A model generated the notes under the pieces. That model did no database searches, was not told where the DNA came from, and saw only the letters and a program-made list of their open reading frames with translations. DNA of 63,057 nucleotides, the filler included, from Mytilus trossulus (taxonomy: Eukaryota): assembly GCF_036588685.1 (NCBI RefSeq). It is 2 parts of one record of this genome, joined end to end, with 100 filler letters (N's around TTAATTAATTAA, not from the genome) between each part and the next. Parts side by side here need not be neighbours in the genome. Positions count along the whole stretch, not along the records: positions 1 to 31,693 come from NC_086383.1; 1 more part is not named here. One strand, 5' to 3'. Every line of letters begins with the position of its first letter. The stretch's first letter is position 1. Position numbers and translations under genes: made by a program. This document shows, one piece after another, positions 1-11,900 of the stretch.

Positions 1-69
1 CTAGTATTATTAGATGGTGCTTAAGTAAATAGGCTCATCCAGTCGATGTCATCTATTCGATGCGACGCT

Positions 70-316
70 ATGTTTGTTTTGTTCATACATCGTTGAAAAT
101 GTTATGGAATTTGATGCGACTGTCATACAAGTCAGAGGTTTAGCTAGCTATAAAACCAGGTTCAATCCACCATTTTCTACATTAGAAAATGCCTGTACCA
201 AGTCAGGAATATGACAGTTGTTATCCATACGTTTGATGTGTTTGGACTTTTGATTTTGCCTTTTGATTTTGGATTTTCCTTTTTGAATTTTCCTCGGAGT
301 TCGATATTTTTGTGTT
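70..316 (+). repeat. 3'-end fragment of a Penelope-like (Naiad-type) retroelement
   Basis: Similar to the reverse complement of the 3' UTR downstream of the RT at 23450-23700 (…aatccaccattttctaca…aatgcctgtaccaagtcaggaatatgacagtt…). Further copies near 13480-13700, 39800-39960 and 40295-40560. Confidence 0.65.
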
Positions 317-319
317 TCT

Positions 320-560
320 ACTTTTTTTGTAGAATTGTATCATATCATTTCTATCCCTACGGTATTCCAAGGTTGGCAAACCCAACGAACGTAGCCTGTC
401 TTCATAATTGAGATGACAAATATTTTTTACCAGTTTTGTGGCCCTTCTTTGTATAGATTCCATTTGCGGATGTCTTTTTTAAGATATGGTGACCAGACAC
501 ATGTCGTATATTTTAACAACGGACGCACTTTTGGTTTATAAATAGTAAGAAACATATCAT
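320..560 (-). mobile_element. CR1-type LINE, 3' end of ORF2 (fragment)
   Basis: Translation VRPLLKYTTCVWSPYLKKDIRKMESIQRRATKLV…LNYEDRLRSLGLPTLEYRRDRNDMIQ matches the C-terminal signature of CR1 RT. Confidence 0.9.
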
Positions 561-2039
561 ATAAGAGATAGCATTCTCTGCGTTTTGTTATAAATGTCAC
601 TTATATAATTTTCAAATTTCAAATTAGACTCGAATGGTAATTTCAGTGAACTTAAACCATGTAACATTTGAAATAATATGGACTTACCTTGAGAACCAGT
701 GTGTTAATACATATGATTATTTGTTACGTAAAATTACAAGCTGTGTATCATAGAAATTTCTTTTATATAAACTTAATTCAGATAAACTTTAATTTTCATA
801 CTTAGTTTATAGAAACGTGTATCAATTTTTAAGCTGTCTTTTTCACGAAATTTGAAATACGATTGGGAGTTATCGTCTACCAGCAGTTGAATGAACTTCA
901 GTCTAATCTCCCAAGACTGATATTGCTATTTTTAAAACATGTAATATAAGAATAACGACACCCAATCAAATGATTCAATTAAGCTTATCCAGAACTTTAA
1001 ATGTGTTTAGAGAAATTTGTGTATTTACGAATAGTAACGACTTCCAGTCTAGTACACGAGACAGACACATGTTCAACATCACACAGATCTAATCATATCA
1101 TTATATAAATATATAGCCATTATAAATAATCGAAATCAATAGTTCATACATAATCATCAAAGAACAGATGTTACCGTTATGAGGACATTATCAATATGAT
1201 TACCACTGTACTTATATAATATCTGATGCTTTTTCTAGACAGATCAGAAGGAGTTTCTACTAAATTGCTGTTATTTCTATCATGTTGAAACTTTTATTAT
1301 AGCACATCCAGACACAAATTAGCTAAAGTATATGATAAGGAGATTTGATATGATTGCTATTGAGACACAATTAGTCTGCATGATGAAGATACTACCATAT
1401 ATAGGTTTTCACCGTCTGACATTAAAAAAAATGAGCAAAAACGTACCATATAGTCAGCTGTAAAAGACCACGACAGGTAAAAACGAATAAACCCAAGAAA
1501 AGTAATGAATTGTACTGTACTGCTTATGATTATGATCCTAACTGAAAAAGCCATCAAAGGGTTAACTAAATGTCAAATCATTGTTAGTTTCAGATTCTTA
1601 ATTGAATGTATTCTGATAATGTTGTCACTTTAGCAGTAATAACATGACTGGAAATGTGTATCAATATTTTGAGCTTTAAAAAAATATCATTTTTTTTAAT
1701 ATTTTCATTTTAATCGATAGTAATTATATTTCCAATGAAAACCAAATAAAAAAGTTATCCCAAAAATGTTAACATGTACTAATCCCATATTTTGTAATAT
1801 TGATAGCTAGTGTCATACATTATAATAGCCATTTATCACTTATTGCATGTGTTGCATATGAATTACATGTTGTTTAATTGTTTACAGGAATAAAGTAATC
1901 GTTATTGACATATTGTGCAAAATTAATCATGAAAAGCCTTCTCACACAATCCGTAATTCAATTCCATGCTCTGCGCACAAGAATATGTATGTTTGTAATG
2001 TAATTTGCGTAGACTGTAATGCAATAATATTATTAAAGT

Positions 2040-2390
2040 GCAAATTCCTAGCAAGCCGATTTAAATAAGAAATTAACAAACAAAACCAAGGAGTAAAAGA
2101 ATAAAAAAAACAAAGGACATTTACACCAACATTTATAAATAATAAATAAGAAACAACAGGAACTCCACTAAAATCAGGGAGTGAAATCAAGTGCTCCGGA
2201 AGGGTTAGCATTTCCTGCACCGTAAACGGCACCCTTCGTGTTATTTCTTTGTTCAGTTAGGTGAGATGGAAGGTTATTATGACTGAGGCAGAATATCAGA
2301 TATGATTTCTGACCAACTTTTGTCATAATAGCCAATCAGCTCATGATTGGGACCGTAAACTTTCTTGAGTGATGATCGTAATCTTAATAA
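2040..2390 (-). mobile_element. Penelope-like (Naiad-type) 3' fragment, divergent subfamily
   Basis: Encodes LRSSLKKVYGPNHELIGYY (RT C-terminus), then the 3' UTR motif cccttccggagcac. Confidence 0.7.
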
Positions 2391-2534
2391 AACTAACAAT
2401 ATCATTGTTGTAAGGGGATACACAGTGTTATGCTGTGAAGCAAAAAAGAATGTCTCCTTTGTGATCATTAATTTAGTTTAATCCATGGCATAACTTAATT
2501 TAATAGCAAACAAATGAATTATTCATTTATAATA

Positions 2535-2680
2535 AAAGAAGATGTGGTATGATTTCCAATGAGACAACTCTCCACAATAGACCAAATTGACACAGAAATT
2601 AACAACTAAAGGTCACTATATAGCCTTTAACAATGAGCAAAGCCCATACCGCATAGGCTATAAAAGGTTCCGAAATGTAA
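2535..2680 (-). repeat. Abundant interspersed repeat end (agaagatgtggtatgattgccaatgagacaactctcc family)
   Basis: The same terminal motif recurs near 1335, 8060, 17265, 19545, 20850, 36550, 45010, 48270, 49480, 51540 and 56445. Class not determined. Confidence 0.7.
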
Positions 2681-3329
2681 ATCAATTGCATACAATTATT
2701 TGTTTTGAAAAAAGCGCAAATTTGATTGATAGGTCTACCTGTAATCAGTCTTCTGTAGAAATATACAGATAACTGAAAGTCAAGTATATCAATAAGTAAG
2801 TATCAAATTTTTTTTATTATTATTTTTTATGCCCACCTTAAAATTATGTTGCACACTATTATGTTAATTTGATTGACGGATTCATTTATGAAAATATATA
2901 CTCTTCCTTTCTAAAATGTTATAAAGTCCCACCGTGACAATTAAAATAATGAAAAGAAGAAAAGAAAGCTAAAGTCACTATTTGTATCGTTATGCTATTG
3001 TCTTATCATACATAGGTAACTCTCCTGACTCTCCTGACTGAATGTTTGTGTTAAGTCCAAAGGAAAATATTGCATGCATGTGCAGGATGATTTTGTAATC
3101 ATCAGAATTGAATGAGATTTGTGCATAGGGTCGCTATAGCATTAAACGTGCATACGATTTGCTTTTGTCAACGCTTGTACTCATCCGCCATACATTCAAT
3201 TTTAAAGCTTATGACAGACTTAAATGATCTAACACAGTGATGAAATTGTTTAAAATGTTTGAAATGAATTAAGTCATAAGGAAGATCGTAAATGCATTCC
3301 AGTAATATCCTCTAATACGTATACATTGG

Positions 3330-3920
3330 AAAAGAGGGACGAAAGATACCAAAGGGACAGTCAAACTCGTAAATCTAAAACAAACTGACAACGCCATGGC
3401 TAAAAATGAAAAGACAAACAGAAAAACAATAGTACACATGATACAACACGGAAAACTAAAGAATAAACAACACGAACCCCACCAAAAACTAGGGGTGATC
3501 TCAGGTGCTCCGGAAGGGTAAGCAGATCCTGCTCCACATGTGGCACCCGTCGTGTTGCTTATGTGATTACAAATCCGGTAAAAAGTCGTAATTCGGTAGG
3601 TCAAATTCATGAAAGGGAAGGGGAATGTAGTAACGACGTAAGGAACATATCCGATATCATTTGTGAAACGGTTTTTCCATAACGTTCAACCAACTCGTGA
3701 TGGCGTCCATAAAATTTACGAAGGGATGATTTCAACTTCACCATTTGGAACTCTTGGTTTAATAGCTTCCTTGTGAGCAGTAACCATCTATCAAGAAAAT
3801 CATGATAGGAAATGCAAGCACGGGAATATCGTATCAATTGGGAGATATATACCCCGTATGCAGGTGCTGCTGGAATGTTGCTACTTAGAAAAGGAAAGTG
3901 CACAATTGGAAAGCTGGAAG
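3330..3920 (-). mobile_element. 5'-truncated Naiad-type Penelope-like element (RT C-terminus + 3' UTR)
   Basis: FPIVHFPFLSSNIPAAPAYGVYISQLIRYSRAC…KFYGRHHELVERY, followed by a 3' UTR ending …ctttcgtccctctttt. Confidence 0.85.
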
Positions 3921-4154
3921 CTAGATATATGTAGTATATATTTATGTTAGCAACAATAAGTGCAATTAGGCATTTAGCCTTGGTTCTAGGCAATAAGGTA
4001 ACGCCTAGGAATTAAGTTAATGTCTTAAATTTTCAGGCATGATTATTGAACCTATTGTCGAATATAATTTTAGGCAAAAAGTGAAATCTGGAATGAATGT
4101 ATACTTGGTGATTCATTCTTGTTGTTTTCATTATAGTTATTCCTAATAGAACAC

Positions 4155-4345
4155 GAAACATAGAAAACTAAAGAATAAGCAACACGAACCCCCACCAAAA
4201 ACTGGGGGTGGTCTCAGGTGCTCAAGAAGGGTTAGAAGATCCTGCTCCACATGGGGCACCCGTCGTGTTGCTCATATTATGACAAACCCAGTATATAGTC
4301 TTATTCGGTCGGTCACATTCATGAAAAGGGACGGGAATTGTAGTA
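4155..4345 (-). repeat. Naiad-type 3' UTR fragment
   Basis: Near copy of 3452-3630. Confidence 0.75.
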
Positions 4346-4729
4346 TGAACTCAAAAGAGTCAAGGTAAGTGAGACGATAGAATAAGCATATCATTGCATG
4401 CATTCAACACAAGTCAGGCGAATCCACACCCAATTCAAATATCACAACCGTAAATAGTACACGATTTTGTATTTTGTATATAAGTCAACTATATCTATAT
4501 CTAAAACTAGATATAAATCCAGAAAATTATAGGACAAGATATGGAATACAACTCAACTTCATGATTAAGGAAACTGCAGAGAAAATATGGCATCTTTTGT
4601 CAAAACTACTCATACTATTTTAACAGTGTCTTTCGAAGAATTTCTATTGTTGTACTGTGCAATGTTCTCACATTTAGTTGGACAGTGATCTAATAATGCT
4701 ATTTACTAAGGTTACACATAGCATATATT

Positions 4730-5820
4730 GGGAATATGTATTTTTAGATGGTGACGTTCCCTTGTCACCATGTTATGGTGTTTATATATCTCAACTTGAA
4801 CGATTCGCCCGTGTATGTTACAGCATATTAGATTTAAGAGAAATTTATGTATTACTGAAAAATTAGTACACCAGGGTTTTCGATATCACAAACTAGTCAA
4901 AACATTTACTAAATTTTATCATGGGTATAAGGAAATAATTCGTAAATATAACTCAACATGGAGACATCTTATACGTTCAGGTATTTCACATCCAATCTTT
5001 TATGGTAATATTCTTTACAAAGCACACAAAAAATCAGAGTTTACCTCAAAAGCTTACAAAACATTTTTTTACAGATTTATTAAGAAGGGATAAAGTTACG
5101 ATACTGTTGTCAGGTCATTAAAGATTGCATTTTTTTTTTATATTGATTCACTGATAGGGTCTTTGCATCGGAGCATATTTAAAAAAAAAAGGTGTTGGCA
5201 TGACACAGGTTATGTTCTTTTCAATTATGTTATGAAAATATGATACTAAACCCCTTACGGGGGGGGGGGGGGGGATTGTGCCCAATTTTCATATGACGAA
5301 GACACAATCTTTCAATCAATTGAATTGAGGTCTGGAGCTTGCATGTCAGTTAACTGCTTGTAGTCTGTTGTTTCTTATGTTTTATCGTCATTTTATTTAT
5401 TTTATTTTGTTACATCTTCTGCCATTGGACTCGGACTTATTATTAACGGAATTTTAATGTGCGTATTGTTATGTGTTTACTTTTCTACATTGGCTAGAGG
5501 CATAGGGGGAGGGTTGAGATCACATACACATGTTTAACCCCGCCGCATTTTTGCGCCTGTCCCAAGTCAGGACCCTTTGGCCTTTGTTAGTCTTGTTTGA
5601 TATATAATTTTAGTTTCTTGTGTATAATTCGGAAATTAGTATTGCGTTCATTATCACTGAACTAGTATATATTTGTTAAGGGGCCAGCTGAAGGACACTT
5701 CCGGGTGCGGGAATTTCTCGCTACATTGAAGACCTGTTGGTGACCTTTTTCTGTTGTTTTTTTCTATGTCCGGGATGTTGTCGCTTTGACATATTCCCCA
5801 TTTCGTTTCTCAATTTTATA
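4730..5820 (+). mobile_element. 5'-truncated Naiad-type element, second family (RT C-terminus + long 3' UTR)
   Basis: FLDGDVPLSPCYGVYISQLERFARVC / ITEKLVHQGFRYHKLVKTFTKFY, with frameshifts. Confidence 0.8.
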
Positions 5821-7592
5821 GAGCATTGTCTTTCTTTAATATTTGCTGAACGAATTATGTAGGGTTACAAAAGTTTACATTGCATAACCTTCTAACCCAT
5901 GATATCTATCTTTTTTTCAGTAGACTGAAAAAGCAGTTCTTGTGAGTCAAATGATGGGTTTTTTTTATGTTCCACAGAAATTTCAAATAATGGAATAACT
6001 CCACTGAAAAGAAGCTTTAGGGATTTCATGAGTTATCCCTGATTAAATATCAGCAATTGTTTTAATACACTTGAAGGTAAAAGACTCATAAAATGCCATT
6101 ATGTTTTACAAATTTTGTGTTAGTATTGTCTTTATGTATTGTATATTGTAAGACTCATATGCTTTATTTTGTATTGAATAACTTATTATTATAATTATTA
6201 TAGATGCTAAATTCTTTGCTTATTTATATCAAATATACAGGAAAAAGTGTGGACTGGAGAAACTAGTTGTTTTTAATTTCCCTATATACATTTTTGCACT
6301 GTTTAGTTTCTGTGAATGATCACTTTGATTTTGGTAAACATGAAGAATCTACTGCTTGAAAAAAATGCTCATATTTCCCACTTGGAAATTGTTGACATCA
6401 CAACACATTACTTTTATACACAGTATACAAATACCAAAAATCATTTTAGATTGTCAGACTGCATCTTTTGTAGAAAGATAGACAACTGTCATTCCTTTGC
6501 GAATAACTAATATCCTTTATTCTGTTGGAATGAGTCAAATGTAAACAAAACACGCGTCTAATGATCGAGTACTATTCGAGGGTGTCGTTAGCCAGTAGCA
6601 AGCAATTTTGTTAATGATTAACATCAAATATCTCAATTGTATATTTTCATAAGTTGAATTGAGCAATTGATATCAAATAATTTGATAAACGTACATAAAA
6701 CAGATATTGAAACAATGTAGTTGTTTGTTCTTTGTGTAAATGTGCTTACACGTGTTATTGACTTGTGCATCATTAAAAGTCGATTTTTCGGAATCGAAAT
6801 GCGGACAATACTTTTCTTGCATCCGGCATGGCTCATTTTGGAGACCCCTCCATATCCTCCTATGTATGTGTTACCTTTGATTTTGATATTCTTATAATAG
6901 ATTTATAAAATCCGAACATCTGAGGCTTCTGTTGTCTGTAATGACTGAATTAAGGTTATTGCATACATATTAACTCTTAATTTAAGGCAAACTCAAATAC
7001 GTATATTTTTTTTATAATTTGAAACCAATTGCCTAGTATATATAATTATTTCTTTATAGTTTTACAATTCATTTATATCTTAAATATATTTTGAAAAAAA
7101 ACAATCATGAATTAGTGCTAAAAAAAATATTTTCATAGATTCATGAAGATGTGGTATGAGTATTAATGGTTTTATAAATTTGCTAGACTAAAAATAGTTG
7201 CATACTTGCTATTCATTTATCATTTCATGGCCTAAATATTGACAATAATCTATATCAAGCCTTTCTTATCTCATTTTAACAAAATACTTTTGATTTAAAA
7301 AACGATAGAATGGTTATAAATTGACAACATTTATCTAAAAATCGATTTTTTATAAGTTTAAGTTTGTATGTATAAACATGACTTCAAAATGATAATTACG
7401 GTTGTCAATGACGCACGCATTGTTTGGATTGCATGTTTTTTTTAAAAAAAGCGTTGACCAGAGTAAGTAAAAATATTTATTTTTCCTCACAAAAATGCAA
7501 AATTGACCATTGCATTACAAAGCAATTTTCCATTTTAGTTTCTGATGTGTACGACAGAGCTATAGTTTACTTCCATGATTGCGGAAGTTACT

Positions 7593-7950
7593 CAATCTCC
7601 GGCGCAGAGATCATATCCGTTCCGTTCAGTACTTTGTAGCACTACACTCAATATGTAGGGTTTTCGCTTCAAGTAATTTCAAAACTTCAACTTGTTTTGT
7701 TTTCAACTTTATTTTTGGAGAAAATCCTAGTCGAAGGAGATGATTTTCATATTCCGCCATCATTGCCAAATTACTCAAACCTTCAGCTAAATAAATTTTG
7801 ACAGTCAACGGTAGGTGATGTATCGGGCAGAAAAACGAATGCTTGTCGGCCATAGGGAAATTATGTTCTCATGGGGTCAGACAATGTATTGCAGAGGTCA
7901 TATTTAAGTGCAGTATTGCGGAGCGGATATGAACTCTGCTCCGGAGATTA
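7593..7950 (-). mobile_element. Non-autonomous AcademH-like DNA transposon (358 bp)
   Basis: 32-bp TIRs (CAATCTCCGGCGCAGAGATCATATCCGTTCCG vs TAATCTCCGGAGCAGAGTTCATATCCGCTCCG). 9-bp TSD gaagttact (7584-7592) / gaagtaact (7951-7959). Internal peptide LKTKQVEVLKLL resembles the start of a RecQ-like helicase. Confidence 0.75.
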
Positions 7951-8309
7951 GAAGTAACTGTGCATTTTTTTTTGCAGCCAATGTAACATTTTTCATATCG
8001 GGGTCTTTTATAAATTGACGATGCGGTATGGGTTTTATCTATGATATGTTACCTGGTTTCGTGTGGAGTGTTGTCTCATTGACAACTATTACACACTGCC
8101 TTCTTTTATATATGACAAAAGAAACTTTTTTTCTTTAAGCATATGCTCTACGTTCAGAGTATAGAAATGTTGAGAAGGCAAACACAAGATTTAAAAATCG
8201 CACAACGTATGTGGTGTTTCAATGCGACAATACGTTCTTCAACTTCATCAAATTTAAAAAAAAAAAAAATCATTAATTAATTAATTCATTTTTTTGAAGC
8301 AATTTACCT

Positions 8310-11300
8310 AAAGTTGTGCTTGGTAATCACCCACTTTGACCATTTATTTTAATCACAACACCGAACACCTCCAAGCATATTGGACAATAAATGGATTTGT
8401 AATCTATCTATTTGACTTTGGGTCATACATCTTCTGATCGTATTCTGGTATTTTGTTATCTGTTGCACCCGATTGTTTGGACTTAAATCTTCCTAAATAT
8501 GATTTATCCGAGGAAGCTTTCTTGACGCAAGAAATTGTTTCACTACTATAGAGAACAATTTGTTCAAGTAGACAAACAAAACATCACCTCCACACTGATA
8601 GGGATATTCCAATCAAAGTCCTCAAGAGATAAAAGTAAAATAATTATCTGAACAATATCTATCAATTTTGATCTGTGTCTGTTACATCCCTGTTAAACTT
8701 TAAATATGATTGTTTTGTCAAAGAACACATTGAAAGTGGTTTAAAAACAATAATGTTATAATGTTACATTCTCAAATTCGGGTGCTAAAGATAACAGCAG
8801 ACCAGAATACGAAAGAAAAATTGTATACGTTTGTACTCCGGTCATTTATTCGAAGTCTGCAATCTGCAAATATTTATCGTTCTACTAGTACTTGTCATTA
8901 TACCTAAATACATCTATAAAATTCCAAAATTTGTAATAAAGTTAAAATTTTATGAAATATTTATACTTACCAGTCAGAAACATATTTTTAGATTATCTTT
9001 CTTTACTACTCGCAAACACAAATATGATCTTGATTCAAACATTATTACATCTAATAAATGTAATGCCTTTTTGTTGTATCCTCATACAGGAATGGTTCTC
9101 TCTGAGAGACTGCAAATCGTTACATCACCTGGATGTGGTAATACAGATAAGAAAAACATTTTTAAATGACAAATGTTTCAAATCAATATTTCCAATAGGT
9201 TCAAAGCGTTCTTTCTGTAATAGAGTCAGAACCAACTGCAAATCCCATTCCGGTAATAATTTTGTGGTAGGCGGTCTAGAATTAAAAACCTCTTTTATAA
9301 GTCTTGTAATATATGGATGTTGACCTACTGCAGTATTATCCACCTGAGATAAAACATTGGAAACCATAGATCTGTATCCTGCAATAGTCCTATATTGCAA
9401 TCCATTTTCAAACAGATAGGCTTAAAAATCTGCTTCCTGATTTAAAGTTGCATTAAGGGGATTAATTTCTCTTGTACCACACCAGATACAGTACTTTTTT
9501 TAATTTTGCACCATAGTCTTTCTGAGTTCCTTTCCTCCATGAAGCTGAGAGTAAATTTCTAGCTTCTTGAGAAAAGCCCTCTACTAGGAACGATCTGTCG
9601 ATAGAAGCCAAACAGTCAGACTACCACCGGGTCCGAATGAAACACTTAAGACCTCGGTTGACAGAGAAGGTCTGATTGTATCGGGAGATTGACTGAGTTA
9701 TCTATCAATAGTTTAAGTAATTCCGGGTACCAGTGACTCCTGGGACACAAATACTCTATCAGGAGAATCTGACACTGGAACTGCCTCATATATTGCAATA
9801 TCTTGGGTATAAGGCAGATTGGGGGTATGCATAGGCATACATTTTCTCCCACGATATTGTCAGGCCATCCATGGCAAAAGCTTGAAGATGTGGAATCCAT
9901 GAGCAAAACACTTTCGTCTGACGATTCTCTGCCGAGTCAAATAAATCAATCAGAGGTTGGTCCCACAAGAGAAAAAGTTTCTGTACAGTTTGAGTGTTCA
10001 GTGACCACTCTGTTTGCAGAATTTTTCTCCTGCTCAGGTAATCTGCAATTATGTTTTTCTCTCCGATTATATGAGCTGCTTTCAGGGTTATATTGGATTG
10101 AATTGCTGACATCCAAAGGTTTTGTAACACAACTGAGGTGATTTGGTCCCCCACTGTTGTGTTGTCCTATCTTATCAGTACAGATTTCCCTATCAGATAT
10201 TCTAGAAAATGTTTGATTGTAAGCACTACTGCTTCTAATTCTAGGTAATTTATGTGTTTCCTGCTCTCTGAAACAGTCCATTCCCCTTAAACTCTTGTCC
10301 ATTATATCCCCATAAGCTGTTTTTGAAGCATCTGGAGTTATGGTTATACAAGTCGGTTGAGGTTGCAAAGACCGTGTTCGCTGAATTTAACCACCACATT
10401 AGATGAGATTTAAGATGTTGTGTCAATGGGACTAATATTTTGAACTCTTCTCATGCTGGTCTCCAAAAGGAGAGAAGATGGAGTTGAATTGGTCTCATGT
10501 ACAACCGACCATTCGGAATTAGTTCTATTCATGAGGCCATTATCCCAAAAGATGAAGAAAATCTAAAGCCGTCACTTGGATTTCTTTCATTATTTTTTTA
10601 ATGTCTAGATTCGACTTGTCTATTCTTTCCTGTGTTAGGAAGATTAACCCTTTTTCCAGGTCGAACAGTGCCCCTAAATAAATCATTTTCTGACTCGGAA
10701 CTAGTTTGGATTTTTCTTTGTTCACTATGAACCGTAGTGATACCAAGAGATTGAGACATTCCGCTCGATCTAGGCATAGATGAGCCTTTGTTGATTTATT
10801 ATTAACCAATCTTCCAGATGTAGTACTAATCTTAAATTTCGTTCTCAAGTAGGCTGCCACTACGGATACTATTTTTGTAAAGACTCGTAGGGCAGATGTT
10901 GGACCGAACCACAGAGCTTTGAATTGAAATTCTTGAATTTGAAGGTAAAATCTTAGATAATGGCAATGACTTGGAAATATTGGGACATGTAATTACGCAT
11001 CGCTCAGGTCGAGCGTTATGGCCTAATCTCCTAGTTTTACTATATTCAAGACTTTGGTCAGTGAATTCATCTTGAAATGTTTTTTTCTGAAGATACCCAT
11101 TGGGCGGTCTCATATTTGTGACTGGTTTCATCTTCTCATTTTATGGGGGACCAGAAAAATGTGCTGTAAAAACCTAATTGAATTTGGTTTTTTTTCTGAA
11201 CCGATTCTATTGCATATTTGTCTATTAAAATATTTACCTCTTGAAGTAAAATTTTCATATTTTTGGGAGAAACTATTGTTTGTTTTAATCCTTTCCAAAT

Positions 11301-11900
11301 TGTTTTCTTTATGAACTCTAATTACAGACAAAACCAATTGGTCGTTTGTAATCTTTTTCCAGTTTTTTAGAAAAAATCTGAGACGACCCCTACTGGTATC
11401 TTGTCTTGATTTTGAAATAAAATTACCTGTATCTCTGAGTCAGCTGGACTGTTTCTTGGGGATACAAAAAGAACCCCAGGAACCGGTACCACTATTTGAT
11501 GTCTTGGTATCTTTGTCTTTCTTATCTTTGTATCCAAATCCACTCTGTAAAGACTTATGAGACGAATTTATAGAAGACTGTCTATTAGTATTAAAATACG
11601 GTTTCTTTTAATAGTTCTTGTAATCATTATCAGTTGAGTTCCCTGTTATCTTTGTTTGTGTATTTGACCAACTATCACGACTATCGTAGTCCAACTTTCT
11701 TTCGTTGTTTTTGTGAATTTCGGGTAACAAATCTTCCAATTGTTCATTTTGCTCTTTCCTTTTCTCAAGTTATTTTTCAAGACCTTGTCCAAACACACCA
11801 TCATCAAAAAGCGGTAAATAAAGTACCTCAGCTTGAATAGCATTTAAATTATTTATGCCTGCATCTGTTGCAGCACATTTCCTTCTAATCATATGATGGA
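8310..11900 (-). mobile_element. Degenerate DIRS-type tyrosine-recombinase retrotransposon (gag?-RT-RNaseH-MTase-YR)
   Basis: RT: MKPVTNMRPPN, FIVNKEKSKLVPSQKMIYLGALFD. RNase H: ITPDASKTAYG, AAHIIGEKNIIADYLSR…EWSL. Dam-like MTase region: DLFDSAEN…WEKMYAYAYP. YR: YRTIAGYRSMVS…GQHPYITRLIKEVFNSRP…WDLQLVL. Many frameshifts and an AT-rich insertion at ~8755-9055. Confidence 0.9.

Noticed and set aside
3269-3610. Recurrent 'MN.TYRI…' ORFs (also 32415-32666 and 50802-51047)
   Set aside because: Chance frames in the shared retroelement 3' UTR; the frame is not maintained between copies.
9803-10141. Plus-strand ORFs over the DIRS element
   Set aside because: Antisense shadows of the minus-strand pol region.
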